64,000 nucleotides of DNA from Dehalococcoidia bacterium (GTDB lineage Bacteria; Chloroflexota; Dehalococcoidia; Lucifugimonadales; UBA3495): positions 1,061,699 to 1,125,698 of the forward strand of contig OZ242258.1 in assembly GCA_965207025.1 (NCBI GenBank). The letters are read 5' to 3'. The translations under genes and the position numbers were made by a program. Of this stretch, positions 1 to 8,501 are shown piece by piece. Positions within the stretch are counted from its first letter, which is position 1; every line of letters starts with the position of its first letter. The notes under the pieces were generated by a model. That model was given only the letters and a program-made list of their open reading frames with translations. It was not told the DNA's origin and ran no database searches.

Positions 1-17
1 TTTCGCGGGAATGACGG
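1..17. repeat. Family B hairpin repeat (GGATTCC[CG]GC-YTWC-GC[CG]GGAATGACGG), partial copy cut by window edge
   Basis: TTCGCGGGAATGACGG matches the 3' arm and tail of copies at 10654, 17329, 22462 and 24837. Confidence 0.6.
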
Positions 18-2004
18 TTGAGGATGCGGGATGCGGTTCGACAGGCTCACCATGAGCGGTGGGGGATGCAGGAGCGGTTGAAGATGCGGGATGTTGTGGT
101 TCGACAGGCTCACCATGAGCGGTGGAGGTTGCAGGAGAGGTTGAGGGTTGGAGCTTGCTGAGAGGGCATGGAACAGTACAACCCGGTGGAACGGTCATTC
201 CGGTGTAATCGGGCAACTGGCAACCCATGTCAGCCAGTATCTCGACCACGCGACAGGCGGGCAAGCCCATGACGTTGGAATAGCAGCCGTGTTGCAGAGA
301 GGCGGGGCGGAACTCGTCGTCCTGGATGGCGTATGCGCCGGCCTTGTCCATGGGAGCGCCGGTGGCGATGGACTGTTCCATCTCGACGTCGGTGAAATCG
401 CGCATGAGCACGTCGGCGGTGTGGGACTCGGTGACGCAGCGGCGGGTGGCAGCGTCGTACACGGTGATTCCGGTGGTGACCTGGTGGGCGGTTCCGCGCA
501 GCCGGATGAGCATCCGGCGGGCGTCGTCGGCGTCTTCGGGCTTGGCGATGGACTCGCGGTTGAGGACGACGGTGCTGTCGGCGGCGACGTAGTATCCAGA
601 ATCCGCGGATTCCTGCTGGGCCACCGCGAGGGCCTTTTCGCGGGACAACCTGCGCACCATCTCCTCCGGGGTCTCCTGCGGTTCGGGGTCCTCAGGTATG
701 TTTGACGGGGCGATACGGAACTCGATTCCAAGGTCGGACAGCAGGGAGCGGCGCCGGGGTGAAGCCGAGGCCAATACGATTTCGGGGCTGACGGGTTTCA
801 GGCTCAGGGATGCGAGGCACTCCACATGATGGGTTTGGGGGAACATGTCAAGAGGTTGAACTGATTCAATGCGATAGCGCCGGGCCAGAACAGAGAGGTC
901 CCGGGCCAGAGTTTGCGGGTTGCAGGACACGTAGGCGATGCGCGGCGCAGCGAGTTCCAACAGGGTTTCGAGCACAGTCGGCTGGCATCCGGTACGCGAG
1001 GGATCCAAGATCACGGCATCGGGTACGACGGTGAGGGAGGGCAGAATGTCCTCGACCTTGCCGGTGATGAATCCCACGTTGGGCAGGTTGGCGGCGTTTT
1101 CCTCAGCGTCGGCGATAGCAGCGGTGGACTCCTCTATGCCGATGATCCGGGCTGCGTGGGGAGCGAGCAGCGCGGAGAACGCGCCCACTCCGGCGTAGGC
1201 GTCAACTACGGTCTCGCTACCCGACAGCTGGAGGGCGTCGATTGCCAACTCCGCCAGTTTGCCGGCCTGTTCGACGTTGACTTGGAAGAATGACGGTGAC
1301 GCAACCCGAAACTCGCGGCCGTTGACAGATTCGCGGTAGCGTTTCTGGCCGGTTTGAATTGGCACGTCAGGGTTTTTGAGGGTGGGCTGAACGAGGTAAT
1401 CGCCAGTGGGGTCGGAGGCGCGGATGGAAAGCGCGGAGGTTTCGGCGCATCGGCCCTGTAGTTGGTCGAGCAACTCATTGGTACGGTCGTTCATCAACAT
1501 GCAATGGTCGATTCGCACGAACCTTCGGCGTTCGCGGTGGGTGAATCCCAGGCTGCCGGTGGATCGCCAGATGTTGAAGCGGGCGTGGTTGCGGTATCCG
1601 AACGGTTTGGGCGAGGGGATGGTATCCAGGACGCGCGGCAGGTGAAAACTGCCGATTCGTTCCAGCGCGTCCACCACGATGGCGGCTTTGGCGTCGAGCT
1701 GCGCGTCGTAGGATACATGCTGCCACTGGCAGCCGGTGCATTGACCGAAATAGGCGCACGGTGGGTCAACGCGGTGCGGAGACGAGCGGATGACGTTCAC
1801 TACCTGGGCCGCAACATACTTCCGTCGAATGGCGACCACCTCGGCGTTTACGGTCTCACCGGGGATGCCTCCGAACACGAACACATCGCGTCCGTCGTGG
1901 GCGGCCATGGCCTCGCCGAGGCGGCCCCAGGAGAGGAGGTCGAGTTGGATTACGTCGCCGCGTTGCAGGGGTGGCGCGTCGATTGTGGCGGCGGGAGAAT
2001 GCAT
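1..2004 (-). CDS. RlmD/RumA-type RNA (uracil-5)-methyltransferase (TRAM + Cys cluster + SAM MTase) fused in frame to a Maf nucleoside-triphosphate pyrophosphatase domain; 3' end runs off the window
   Basis: Own minus-strand translation from ATG 2004..2002: MHSPAATIDAPPLQRGDVIQLDLL, CAYFGQCTGCQWQH Cys cluster, DAYAGVGAFSALLA SAM motif, DMFPQTHHVECLASL family C-terminus. No stop follows: SLKPVSPEIVLASASPRRRSLLSDLGIEF (Maf signature, near nt 780), later GAYAIQ and NVMGLP. The frame stays open to nt 1, which is why the ORF track lacks it. Confidence 0.75.
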   Translation of the reverse strand, partial: MHSPAATIDAPPLQRGDVIQLDLLSWGRLGEAMAAHDGRDVFVFGGIPGETVNAEVVAIRRKYVAAQVVNVIRSSPHRVDPPCAYFGQCTGCQWQHVSYDAQLDAKAAIVVDALERIGSFHLPRVLDTIPSPKPFGYRNHARFNIWRSTGSLGFTHRERRRFVRIDHCMLMNDRTNELLDQLQGRCAETSALSIRASDPTGDYLVQPTLKNPDVPIQTGQKRYRESVNGREFRVASPSFFQVNVEQAGKLAELAIDALQLSGSETVVDAYAGVGAFSALLAPHAARIIGIEESTAAIADAEENAANLPNVGFITGKVEDILPSLTVVPDAVILDPSRTGCQPTVLETLLELAAPRIAYVSCNPQTLARDLSVLARRYRIESVQPLDMFPQTHHVECLASLSLKPVSPEIVLASASPRRRSLLSDLGIEFRIAPSNIPEDPEPQETPEEMVRRLSREKALAVAQQESADSGYYVAADSTVVLNRESIAKPEDADDARRMLIRLRGTAHQVTTGITVYDAATRRCVTESHTADVLMRDFTDVEMEQSIATGAPMDKAGAYAIQDDEFRPASLQHGCYSNVMGLPACRVVEILADMGCQLPDYTGMTVPPGCTVPCPLSKLQPSTSPATSTAHGEPVEPQHPASSTAPASPTAHGEPVEPHPASSTVIPAK
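15..150. repeat. Tandem repeat, about 2.2 copies of a 60-63 nt unit, each unit containing a family A core (TTCGACAGGCTCACCATGAGCGG at 37..59 and 100..122)
   Basis: Units start at 15 (CGGTTGAGGATGCGGGATGC..) and 75 (CGGTTGAAGATGCGGGATGTTGT..), with a partial third unit near 138. It lies inside the open frame of the Maf tail. Confidence 0.8.
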
Positions 2005-2081
2005 ACAGACATACTACCACCTGGCAGCGAGTACAGTCTTGCGCCGGCGTATGGGGCCGGCGTATGGCGGTGAGTATTATA

Positions 2082-2108
2082 TTGACCGGGTTAAAGGCGG
2101 GGTATAAT
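2082..2108 (+). promoter_or_regulatory. Candidate sigma70-type promoter for trxA (TTGACC - 15 nt - TATAAT)
   Basis: AT-rich island in the divergent gap between the methyltransferase start (2004) and trxA (2199). TTGACC lies at 2082..2087 and TATAAT at 2103..2108. The spacer is shorter than optimal. Confidence 0.3.
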
Positions 2109-2198
2109 ATTGATATTACAGATGCTCGCGCGCGGCTCGGATTATTGGATTGTCCGGGACATGGCGCGGGAGAAGCGCACAACCCTGGAGGAACAAAG

Positions 2199-2528
2199 AT
2201 GCCCGAACCTATCGACGTGAATGGAGAGAACTGGCAAAGCAGCGTTATGGACTCGGATCTGCCGGTAATGGTGGACTTCTGGGCGGAATGGTGCGGGCCC
2301 TGCAAGATGATTGCTCCTGCGGTACATGACCTGGCCCTGGAATACGAAGGCAAGATGAACGTGGCCAAGCTGGACGTGGACAGCGACCCGGACATCGCGG
2401 CGCGCTACGGCATCCGCAGCATCCCGGCGCTGATCTTCTTCAAGGATGGCCAGCCGGTGGACCAGATTGTCGGCGCGATGCCCAAGCCGCAGATGAAGCG
2501 GAAGATCGACGCGGTGCTGGGCAGCTAG
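2199..2528 (+). CDS. trxA: Thioredoxin
   Basis: MPEPIDVNGENWQ...VDFWAEWCGPCKMIAP (WCGPC active site), 109 aa, with GGAGGAAC RBS 5-6 nt upstream of ATG 2199. The track ORF 1971..2528 starts too far upstream. Confidence 0.95.
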   Translation: MPEPIDVNGENWQSSVMDSDLPVMVDFWAEWCGPCKMIAPAVHDLALEYEGKMNVAKLDVDSDPDIAARYGIRSIPALIFFKDGQPVDQIVGAMPKPQMKRKIDAVLGS

Positions 2529-2554
2529 TCCGGTTGACCCCGCCAGCACCCTGC

Positions 2555-2651
2555 GGGAGTGGATGGGGCCCGGTGGCTCTTGCGGACTTCAAATCCGTTA
2601 TGCCTCGTGACGAGCGGGGTAGGTGGGTTCGACTCCCTCGCACTCCCGCCA
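2555..2651 (+). tRNA. selC: tRNA-Sec (selenocysteine tRNA, anticodon TCA), CCA encoded
   Basis: 97 nt: GGGAGTG acceptor pairs with CACTCCC followed by G-CCA. A 6-bp D stem (GGGGCC/GGCTCT) has a 4-nt loop CGGT. Anticodon stem-loop is GCGGA-CTTCAAA-TCCGT. It has a long variable arm and a GTTCGACTCC T-loop. The layout parallels E. coli selC. Confidence 0.85.
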
Positions 2652-2720
2652 ATTGAAATGTAGGCTGCTGATACAGCCCTATCGATGTTTCAGCCCCGAC
2701 GTTGCGGCGTCGGGGCTTAT

Positions 2721-4280
2721 TCATGGTGCTGGTTGTCGAAGGACGGAGGGCGATATGTCGCCGACGGCTTTGACGCGGACGCGGGTGGCGTTGCTGGGCA
2801 CGTAGGTGAGCGGAACCTCTTCGACGTCCACCACTTCGATGGTGGCAGGGTCGGCACCGGCGGCGGTGGCGCGGTCGATGGCGGCCGCGGTGCAGTCGGC
2901 GATGGCTTCGTCACGGCTGCCGCTGTCGAGGGAGTACACGCGCTCCACCTGCCCGCTCACCTGGGCGATGGCCGCGCCGATGGCGTTAGCGACGTCCGCG
3001 TGCTGCGGGCGCAGCACGTGGCTTGCGCCGGCCAAGGAATCGCCGACCAAGATGCTGCCTCCACCCACCAGGACGACTGGAACGTCCCCACGGCTGAGTT
3101 TCATGCGGTCGATCAAGGTCTCCACGCGTTCCTGGATGTCTGCCACGGCGCGCCATACCGTCGCCGGGTCAAGTTCGGAGAGCAACGCGGGATCGCCTAT
3201 CTCGGCGAGGCTGGCGGCGACTGCTACGTCGGTGGCTGTCAAGGTTTCTCCGCCGAAGCATAGCGCGTCGCCGGTGAGCCGGTAGCCGACACTCTCCGGC
3301 CCGATGCGCCATGGGTCGGGCGTTACGATGGAACCGCCACCCAGGGCGATTGATTCCACGTCGGGTAATCGGAAATTGGTGCGCACCCCGGCCAGCTCGA
3401 CGGCCACCGCCGACTCTCGGGGGAACCCCCTGACCAACGCGCCCACATCGGTGGAGGTGCCGCCGATGTCAACTACAATGCCGTCCGAGATGCCGGTAAG
3501 GTAAGCGGCCCCGCGCATACTGTTGGTGGGGCCGGATGATATGGTCAGGACGGGGAACTGGTTGGCGAACGACGTATCCATCAGCGTGCCGTCGTTCTGG
3601 CTCATGAACAGCGGGACATTGAGGCCGAGCACGGACAACGCCTGCTCGACGCCCGTGATGGTGGACGTGGCCAACTCGCCGAGACAGGCATTGAGCGCGG
3701 CTGCGTTTTCCCGTTCCAGCAATCCGATGCGGCCGTTTTCGTGGGCGAGGCAGACGCGCAAGTCCGGAGCAACGTCCGCAATCACGGCGGCGGCCTCGAG
3801 TTCCTGCGTGGGGTCCACTGGCGAGAACACGCCGTTCACCGCGACGGCGCGAATTCCTCCGGCCTGCATATCGCGGACGGCACTGCGGATGGCGTGGTGG
3901 TCAAGGGGCGAAATGTCCCGCCCGTCGAACTCATTGCCGCCGCCAACCATGTAGGCATGACCTCCGATGGCATTCTTCAAGCTTTCTGGCCACTCGACCA
4001 GCGGCGGCAGCAGTTCGGTGGCTGGCAGCGACAGGCGCATGACGGCGGTGGGAGCCAAGCCGGTGCGCTCCAGCAGGGCGTTGGTGAAATGGGTGGTTCC
4101 AACTACGACAGCCTCTACCGCGTTTCGTTGGCCAGCCCGGGCAAGCAACTCGGAGACGGCGGCGGCGATGCCCGTGGTCACGTCGTCGGTGGTGGCAACC
4201 TTCGAGGCGCCGACCAGGCTCCGGCCGTTCATCAGCACGGCGTCGGTGTTGGTGCCGCCCACGTCCACGCCGACAAACAT
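2721..4280 (-). CDS. Hydantoinase/oxoprolinase (HyuA-like, ASKHA fold) family protein
   Basis: MFVGVDVGGTNTDAVL N-terminal phosphate-1 motif and VVDIGGTSTDV second ATPase motif, 519 aa. Confidence 0.88.
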   Translation of the reverse strand: MFVGVDVGGTNTDAVLMNGRSLVGASKVATTDDVTTGIAAAVSELLARAGQRNAVEAVVVGTTHFTNALLERTGLAPTAVMRLSLPATELLPPLVEWPESLKNAIGGHAYMVGGGNEFDGRDISPLDHHAIRSAVRDMQAGGIRAVAVNGVFSPVDPTQELEAAAVIADVAPDLRVCLAHENGRIGLLERENAAALNACLGELATSTITGVEQALSVLGLNVPLFMSQNDGTLMDTSFANQFPVLTISSGPTNSMRGAAYLTGISDGIVVDIGGTSTDVGALVRGFPRESAVAVELAGVRTNFRLPDVESIALGGGSIVTPDPWRIGPESVGYRLTGDALCFGGETLTATDVAVAASLAEIGDPALLSELDPATVWRAVADIQERVETLIDRMKLSRGDVPVVLVGGGSILVGDSLAGASHVLRPQHADVANAIGAAIAQVSGQVERVYSLDSGSRDEAIADCTAAAIDRATAAGADPATIEVVDVEEVPLTYVPSNATRVRVKAVGDISPSVLRQPAP

Positions 4281-4290
4281 AGCGCGTTGC

Positions 4291-5361
4291 CTAGACCTCC
4301 AGGGGAATATACTCGGTGTCGTAGCCGAACCGTCGCGGCCCGGCGACGGCCAAGCCCTCCGGCGTGGACCACAAAGCCGGCGCGGGGAAGCCGAGGATGG
4401 CGACGCGCAATCCGTAGCGCATCAGCTCGGTGGTAACGGGTTCGCCGGTATCGGTGGTGACGGCGCAGATGAGATCGGGCACAGTGCAGACGATTTCACC
4501 ATCCACACGGGCAACCAGGTTTTCGTTTTGGAAGTCGATAGTCATGGCGCGTCCCTGCCAGGAATCGATGCCGTCGATGGTGAGTGAGCCCCGGGCGAAC
4601 CCGGAGGTGGTGCGCCGGTCAACGTCCACGACTTTTCCCGTGAAAAGGATGCGGCCGGGGCAGGTTTTCAGGATGGCGGCCAATGGATCTGCGCCAGTAT
4701 CGCGGGCGTTCTGCACGGCAAGGCCGAGGTCCCGGGCCAGCGAGAGGGTGTTGAGCACGGCGGTGCGCCGGACCTGTTCGGGCGTCATGGGGGCGACGGC
4801 GTAGCAGGCGACGCAACCCATCTGGATGGTGGCGGCGCGGGCCAGCCTTTCCGCCCAGACCGGAGAGATAGTGTCGCGGACGACTATCGAGTTGCCCTTC
4901 TCGTCGGCGACCGCCATGGGGCAGCAGGGGACGCCGTACACAAAAAACGTCTTCATCTGAAATTCCGGGAAGGCGCGGCCCATGCCGTCGGCGTCCACCA
5001 CCGGGAGGCCGGCCTTGGCAGCGGCGATGAGCGGCTCCACGGAATTGCTGCCACCAATCTCGTTGGAGATCAGCACGGTAGCCGACTCACCGACGAAATC
5101 CTCGATGGCGCGGAGGGCGTGGTATGACTGGAGGTCGCGGACTTTTTCGATGCCCACCGTGGGCGCGCCGATGCCGCCCACGCATACGACCTTGGCATCC
5201 TCCGGCAGTTCCGCCGGAGACAGCACGGTAACGGGTCCCCATTTGCGGATGGCTTCGCGGGCCCGGAGCTGGCCGACGTAGGGGTTGCCGCCGCCGCCGG
5301 TTCCCAGGATGCCGGCGCCGATGACGATGTAAGGCAGAACTTCTTCGGTTACGGTCCACAT
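4291..5361 (-). CDS. DUF917 family protein (conserved partner of HyuA-like hydantoinases)
   Basis: VIGAGILGTGGGGNPYVG near the N-terminus, 356 aa, 10 nt upstream of the hydantoinase gene on the same strand. Confidence 0.8.
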   Translation of the reverse strand: MWTVTEEVLPYIVIGAGILGTGGGGNPYVGQLRAREAIRKWGPVTVLSPAELPEDAKVVCVGGIGAPTVGIEKVRDLQSYHALRAIEDFVGESATVLISNEIGGSNSVEPLIAAAKAGLPVVDADGMGRAFPEFQMKTFFVYGVPCCPMAVADEKGNSIVVRDTISPVWAERLARAATIQMGCVACYAVAPMTPEQVRRTAVLNTLSLARDLGLAVQNARDTGADPLAAILKTCPGRILFTGKVVDVDRRTTSGFARGSLTIDGIDSWQGRAMTIDFQNENLVARVDGEIVCTVPDLICAVTTDTGEPVTTELMRYGLRVAILGFPAPALWSTPEGLAVAGPRRFGYDTEYIPLEV

Positions 5362-5380
5362 GACAGGTCAGGGGCAAGAG

Positions 5381-5440
5381 GGATTTTACAGGGATGAACA
5401 GGATAAAACGGGATGGAGAGGATTTGATTGATTTGGACAG
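5381..5440. repeat. Family E interspersed repeat (TTTTACA..GATGAACAGGAT..GGAT)
   Basis: GGATTTTACAGGGATGAACAGGATAAAACGGGATGG resembles 27456..27495 (GTTTTACATCGATGGACAGGATGAACAGGATTATTGGATT). Confidence 0.55.
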
Positions 5441-5454
5441 GGCGTCCCGTAACA

Positions 5455-6153
5455 TTATTCGGCGGGTTCGGGTTCTTCCGGTGATGGCGCGCCGGATTGA
5501 GCGGCCATTTCGCGTTGGAGTTGTTCGGTCCAGTTCTGGAGCCAGCGGCGGAATTCGTCCAGGGCCGGCGGGGCTACGTAGATGATCTCGAGATCCGTCG
5601 GGAACTGCACCTGGTGGCGCTCGTTGATCAGAAGGAGGCCGGTTTCGTCCTCGGGCAGGGTGGAGTTGATGGTCTCGGCGATGAATTCATAGCGGCGGCG
5701 GCTGGCCTCGGCGAACCATTCCTGCAAACGGTTCACCACTGCCGGACTCATCAACGGCTGCATCAGGCAGCGTTGCAGATCCAGCGATTCGGCCATAATC
5801 TCCATGGACTCCGTGGCTTCCAGGGTTGCGTCGGCGTCGGTCAGGGCCTTCACCAGGGTGTGGCTGCCCTGGCCGCTGGCTTCCAGGTAGCCGAGGGCGT
5901 CCGAGCCGCCTTCGGGAGTGTTTTCGTGGTACACGCGGGTGATGCTGCCCAGGGCGTTCTGCACGGCTCGCACCTGGACGTCCACCTGTTCCCAGTACCG
6001 GCCCATGATCTGGGCGCCTTCGGGTGGTATCGCATCCGGAGGCACGGGGACGTGGATCAGAGGGACGAGCAGCAACTTGCGCTTGCCTTGGTAGTTTCCC
6101 GCCGCGGGTCGGGTGATCCTGGTAAGCTCCTGGGCCATGCCCGCTTCCTCCAT
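5455..6153 (-). CDS. Hypothetical protein, no family recognised
   Basis: 232-aa ORF with protein-like composition. The opposite-strand frame is Gly/Val/His-rich antisense-type. Alternative start MAQELTRI at 6138. Divergent from lutA. Confidence 0.6.
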   Translation of the reverse strand: MEEAGMAQELTRITRPAAGNYQGKRKLLLVPLIHVPVPPDAIPPEGAQIMGRYWEQVDVQVRAVQNALGSITRVYHENTPEGGSDALGYLEASGQGSHTLVKALTDADATLEATESMEIMAESLDLQRCLMQPLMSPAVVNRLQEWFAEASRRRYEFIAETINSTLPEDETGLLLINERHQVQFPTDLEIIYVAPPALDEFRRWLQNWTEQLQREMAAQSGAPSPEEPEPAE

Positions 6154-6252
6154 GTGGTCTGGTGTCCGCGTATGATAGCGCGAATTTCAAGCGGATGGAC
6201 AGGACTGGGTAGCTCTGCTAACCTTGCCGAGCGCATCGCGCGGGAGATTGAT

Positions 6253-7005
6253 TTGAGCCAGCCGACGCCCGCCAGAGTGTCCCTGTTTGTCACGTGCATC
6301 ATCGACCAGCTTTACCCGGAAGTGGGCGTAAGCGTGGTGCGTACGCTGCGGCGTTGCGGCGTGGAAGTGGATTTTCCCGAGGCGCAAACCTGCTGTGGAC
6401 AGCCGCTGTACAACTCCGGTTTTACCAGCGAGGCACGGAAACTGGCGGCGCGCACTTTGGACGCGCTGGATGACTCTGAATACGTTGTAGTGCCGTCGGG
6501 TTCGTGCGGGGCGATGCTCAGGGTGTTTTACGAGGATCTTTTCGCCAACGACCCGATCATGCTGAAGCGTGCAGTGGCGTTGCGGGACAGGGTGTACGAA
6601 TTCACCGAGTTCCTCACCGACGTGCTCGGTTTGGAAGCAGCGCCGGGAGATGCCTACGCAATAGATCGCACAGTCACCTACCATCCGTCGTGCCATCTGT
6701 TGCGGGAGATGCGCGTAACTGATGGCCCTCGGATGTTGTTGGGCAACGCCGCCGGTGTTGAGCTGGTTGACCTGCCCGACGCGGAGCAGTGCTGCGGCTT
6801 CGGCGGAACCTTCGCCGTGAAATACCCGCACATATCTGAGGAGATGCTCGCGGACAAGCTGGCGTCGATTGAACGGAGCGGCGCAGACACCATTACCGCT
6901 TGCGACATGGGCTGTCTGACGCACATCGGCGGCGCGATCAGCCGCCGGAATCTACCCGTTGCTGTTCGCCATGTGGCGCAAATCCTGGACGGCGGCGGAG
7001 ACTGA
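6253..7005 (+). CDS. lutA: Lactate utilization protein A, (Fe-S)-binding CCG-domain oxidoreductase
   Basis: VSLFVTCIIDQLYPEVG, QTCCGQP and EQCCGFGG CCG motifs. TTG 6253 is preceded by GGGAG. An alternative ATG at 6172 lacks an RBS. The upstream part of track ORF 5497..7005 is antisense to the gene at 5455..6153. Confidence 0.82.
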   Translation: MSQPTPARVSLFVTCIIDQLYPEVGVSVVRTLRRCGVEVDFPEAQTCCGQPLYNSGFTSEARKLAARTLDALDDSEYVVVPSGSCGAMLRVFYEDLFANDPIMLKRAVALRDRVYEFTEFLTDVLGLEAAPGDAYAIDRTVTYHPSCHLLREMRVTDGPRMLLGNAAGVELVDLPDAEQCCGFGGTFAVKYPHISEEMLADKLASIERSGADTITACDMGCLTHIGGAISRRNLPVAVRHVAQILDGGGD

Positions 7006-7008
7006 TCG

Positions 7009-8463
7009 ATGGCCGAGATCTTGACACGAGAATTTGTGCCGGCGTCGCAGGCGGCGGTGCAGGACGCGCAACTGCGGCAGGCTTTGCGACGGGCTGGTTC
7101 GGGATTCGACGGCACCCGCCGGGAGGCGATCGCCGAGGTAAGCGAGGATGTTTGGGAAGGTTGGCGTCGGCAGGCCCGCACCATCAAAGAACACACCATT
7201 GGGCACCTTGATTATTACCTGGCGATGCTGGAGCGCAACGTCCACGCCGCCGGAGGGCACGTCCATTTTGCGCGCGACGCCGCGCAAGCCAACGCCATTG
7301 TGTCGGAAATTGCCAAACGCAGCGGTGTGAGCACCGTCACCAAGAGCAAGTCCATGGTGTCGGAGGAACTGGGCCTGAACCACGTTTTGGAAGAGCAGGG
7401 CATCGACGTGTTCGAGACCGACCTGGGCGAGTACATCATCCAACTGGCTGAGGAAACCCCGTCGCATCTGGTTGCGCCGGCTCTTCACAAAACGCGCGGG
7501 CAGGTGGCGCAGCTTTTCGCGGAGCAGCTGGGTGTCCCATACTCAGAAGATATCGAGGAAATGGCGCGCGTTGCCCGGGTGGCGTTGCGGCAAAAGTTCC
7601 TCGAAGCCGATATGGGCGTCAGCGGAGCAAATTTCCTAGTGGCGGAAACGGGTTCCCTGGTGATCATCACTAACGAGGGCAACGGCCGGCTCTGCACGTC
7701 TGCGCCAAGGATCCACGTGGGGCTGGCCGGCATGGAGAAGGTGATACCTTCGCTACAGGACCTAGCCGTGTTTCTTCGGCTGTTGCCGCGTTCGGCAACC
7801 GGACAGCGCATCTCGTCCTACGTGAGCATGGTGACCGGACCCCGACGAGCCGACGATGAGGACGGGCCGGAGGAATTTCATCTGGTGATCGTGGACAACG
7901 GACGCAGCCGGCTGTTGCGCGATCCGGCCCTGCGGGAATCGCTGTACTGTATCCGGTGCGGCGCTTGCCTGAATGTCTGTCCGATCTACCAACGGGTGGG
8001 CGGGCACGCCTACGGTTGGGTCTATCCGGGTCCCATTGGCTCCATCGTGACACCGGGACTAGTGGGGGTGGCTCAAGCGAAAGATCTGCCCAATGCATCC
8101 ACGTTGTGCGGCGCGTGTCGGGACGCCTGCCCGGTGCAGATCAACATTCCACGGATGTTATTGCACCTGCGCCACCAGCAGGCCGAAAGCACCGATACCA
8201 ACCAGCGCACGGCGTCGGATACCGACAAGTTGCTTGCGAGAGGCTTTGCGACCGTTATGTCGAGTCCGTGGCTGCTGCGATTGGGGAGAATGCTGGGACG
8301 GGCACTGTCCAAGCCGATGGCCGCGTCCGGCAAAATCGGCGAGTCGAGGCTGCCGCTGATCTCGCGGTGGACGCGGGCCCGGGATCTTCCCGTGCCGGCG
8401 GAGCGCAGTTTCCGCGACCGGTGGCGCGACGAGCTGTCCCGGGGCGGCGATCAGGTAAGGTGA
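7009..8463 (+). CDS. lutB: Lactate utilization protein B, 4Fe-4S protein with LUD domain
   Basis: 484 aa with CIRCGACLNVCPIY and CGACRDACP ferredoxin-type motifs. Starts 4 nt after the lutA stop. Confidence 0.9.
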   Translation: MAEILTREFVPASQAAVQDAQLRQALRRAGSGFDGTRREAIAEVSEDVWEGWRRQARTIKEHTIGHLDYYLAMLERNVHAAGGHVHFARDAAQANAIVSEIAKRSGVSTVTKSKSMVSEELGLNHVLEEQGIDVFETDLGEYIIQLAEETPSHLVAPALHKTRGQVAQLFAEQLGVPYSEDIEEMARVARVALRQKFLEADMGVSGANFLVAETGSLVIITNEGNGRLCTSAPRIHVGLAGMEKVIPSLQDLAVFLRLLPRSATGQRISSYVSMVTGPRRADDEDGPEEFHLVIVDNGRSRLLRDPALRESLYCIRCGACLNVCPIYQRVGGHAYGWVYPGPIGSIVTPGLVGVAQAKDLPNASTLCGACRDACPVQINIPRMLLHLRHQQAESTDTNQRTASDTDKLLARGFATVMSSPWLLRLGRMLGRALSKPMAASGKIGESRLPLISRWTRARDLPVPAERSFRDRWRDELSRGGDQVR

Positions 8464-8501
8464 ACCACAATTATGGGTAACCGATCCCAGTAGCGAATAC
8501 C

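Noticed and set aside
148-731. Track ORFs 148..705 (+) and 195..731 (-) at the window start
   Set aside because: The third minus frame, open to nt 1 and so not listed in the track, carries clear Maf motifs. Both listed ORFs are off-frame shadows.
2555-5361. Genomic island integrated at the tRNA-Sec gene
   Set aside because: There is no integrase, no direct repeat of the tRNA 3' end and no compositional shift downstream. The neighbouring hydantoinase/DUF917 genes have normal GC.
5497-6252. N-terminal 250 aa of the 502-aa plus-strand track ORF 5497..7005
   Set aside because: LutA homology only starts near nt 6253. The upstream part is Gly/Val/His-rich and antisense to the better-looking minus-strand ORF 5455..6153.
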